From NCBI GenBank assembly GCA_044892525.1, contig CM097888.1:88660001-88724000 (forward strand): 64,000 bases of DNA. The letters run 5' to 3'. This stretch comes from Schmidtea polychroa (lineage: Eukaryota). The notes below the pieces were generated by a model. That model searched no databases. It had not been told where the DNA came from and worked only from the letters and a program-made list of their open reading frames with translations. Made by a program: the position numbers and the translations under genes. Shown piece after piece: positions 62,351-64,000 of the stretch. How positions within the stretch are numbered: position 1 is the first letter of the stretch; every line of letters starts with the position of its first letter.

Positions 62351-62765
62351 GGATATAATAACTCATTAAATTAAGGATTTTAAACAAATTTATTAATTAT
62401 ATAAAAACTTTTTTATTTAATAAAAACATTTAATTATTTTGATAAAATTTGATAATTATTGGTAACGCGTGATTTGTGAGGCGTTATTGATAAAGTCATT
62501 GAATCCGAAAATTAATGTGCAGAATGCAGTGAATACTTGTATTTTAAATGTTTTTAAATAATGTTTTTCTTGTATATTGTATGTATTTGATTGTTGTGTT
62601 AAATTAAATAATTAATAAATTTATTTTAATTATTAAATTAAATTCTGAATGCTAAAATTTTAAAAATAATATATTAATTTAATTATAATTTTTAAAAATA
62701 ATTAAATGTTTTTATATAATTAATAAATTTGTTTAAAATCCTTAATTTACATAGTTATTATATCC

Positions 62766-62804
62766 CACCTGATTATGAAAGGAAAACTGTTGAAATATAT
62801 CGTG
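62766..62804 (+). ncRNA. Hammerhead family C, decayed partner copy
   Basis: CAC-CUGAUUA-U-GAAAG(GAAAA)CUGUU-GAAA-UAUAUC-GUG. Confidence 0.55.
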
Positions 62805-62889
62805 AAAAGAATGTTTGATTGGTGTTAATTAAATCATTACCATGTATGTTTAACTATTTATTCAAAAATTAATAATTGTTACAATATTT

Positions 62890-62945
62890 ATTAAAAAGCT
62901 TGACGATTATGAATCAGTAAATATATCGATATTTTTGATATTTAC
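62890..62945 (-). repeat. Family B downstream segment without the ribozyme core
   Basis: Similar to 45500-45559. Confidence 0.6.
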
Positions 62946-64000
62946 AATTATTTTAACGAAAATATTAAAATTAGTATAAATTTAATATTCAATAACAAAA
63001 ATATAAAAATTTTTAAAAAACTGTATTGAACATTAAGTAAAATTAAATAAAAAAAGAAAGTGCCGTTTATAATTTGTTTATACCGGTAGTACCGGACTTT
63101 TTTGAAGTACCGAAATACCGGTATTGGTTTGGCTCAATATCGGTATTTCCGATATTTCTGCTAAAATATAAATTCAACAGTAACAGTAATATTAAAGGAG
63201 ACTTGTTGTGATTAGAAAACATTAATCACACAAATCAATTTTCAATCTCATCATGAGACATACAAGTTGAAAATAGACATTTCTAATTTTGATGTTTTAT
63301 CTAAAGGTTTCAAAAACTATTGAGATCTCATTGCTAATGAGGCTTTGATTATTAAATTATTTAACTGAAAAATCAATATACAAAATGCATTATTTGTCAT
63401 TGGATTCCGCACATTTCATTACGTAATTACTAATAAACTTCTAAGTATAATCGTTTATATTGAAATTGTTTAGTGCTTGATGATCACAACCAAGTAGTCG
63501 GAATTTATTGCAAAATTATATTTAAAAATTATTATTCGTTTATTTAATAAAATTAATTAATAATTATAATAACGTCCAAAATTTCTCACTGTTATAGAAT
63601 TCGAATGAAGAATTAAGATTAAGCGAAAAGATGCCAAGAACAACATAATAATTAATCCTTTACTCTGTGTAAAATATTGCAAATACACCCTCTAGGCAAA
63701 ACCTGCACAACATACTGCTCGTGAAAGATTTCTAGAAATCTCCTAAAAACTCAGAAGCCATTGATATCAAGGGCAATAATTGAGGCTGAAGGATTATTTT
63801 TAATTACCTATTCGGCCGCAACTATTTTCCTTGAAAATTTTGGCCCTCGACGCTTCTTACGTTGTTCAGGCCAGCTCTAGGCTAATAGAAGGTAAAAAAT
63901 ATTTGCTGAATTGGATGCTATTTGGGATAGTTGTTACTAACATTTTGATAATATTTTACGGAAATCGGTGAATTTGAGTGCCTTGAAGGCCTTGAAATAA

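Larger units (their letters stand above)
62291..62826 (+). mobile_element. Short Penelope relic of a second family: GIY-YIG C-terminus between inverted repeats carrying hammerhead family C
   Basis: 62466-62561 encodes RVICEALLIKSLNPKINVQ...; 62291-62440 is inverted relative to 62695-62826. Confidence 0.8.

Noticed and set aside
1-64000. CRISPR arrays, tRNAs, prokaryotic operons
   Set aside because: None seen; the sequence is eukaryotic with spliceosomal introns.

Overview
Very AT-rich eukaryotic genomic DNA with GT-AG spliceosomal introns and many N-runs; the fast-evolving proteins suggest a myxozoan-like animal parasite, but the taxon is inference only. About the first 40 kb is the middle and 3' part of one highly divergent inositol 1,4,5-trisphosphate receptor (ITPR-like) gene on the + strand, read by hand as about 23 exons that the ORF track mostly misses. 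Its introns are either about 40-60 nt or several kb and filled with mobile-element debris. The window also holds a 5'-truncated Penelope-like retroelement (RT + GIY-YIG, inverted pseudo-LTRs), relics of other Penelope families, an intact-looking DD34E IS630/Tc1 transposase, non-autonomous Helitrons, hAT and piggyBac MITEs, two decayed 18S rRNA fragments, two RNF115/126-like pseudogenes, an actin-like 5' fragment and a divergent Hsp70. The main unexpected signal is at least four families of predicted minimal hammerhead ribozymes. Two families carry a non-canonical U3-A8 core (UUGANAA), three carry an extra base after A9, and three loci are fold-back hairpins joined at the first base of the core. 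All ribozyme and exon calls are manual, not computed or tested.
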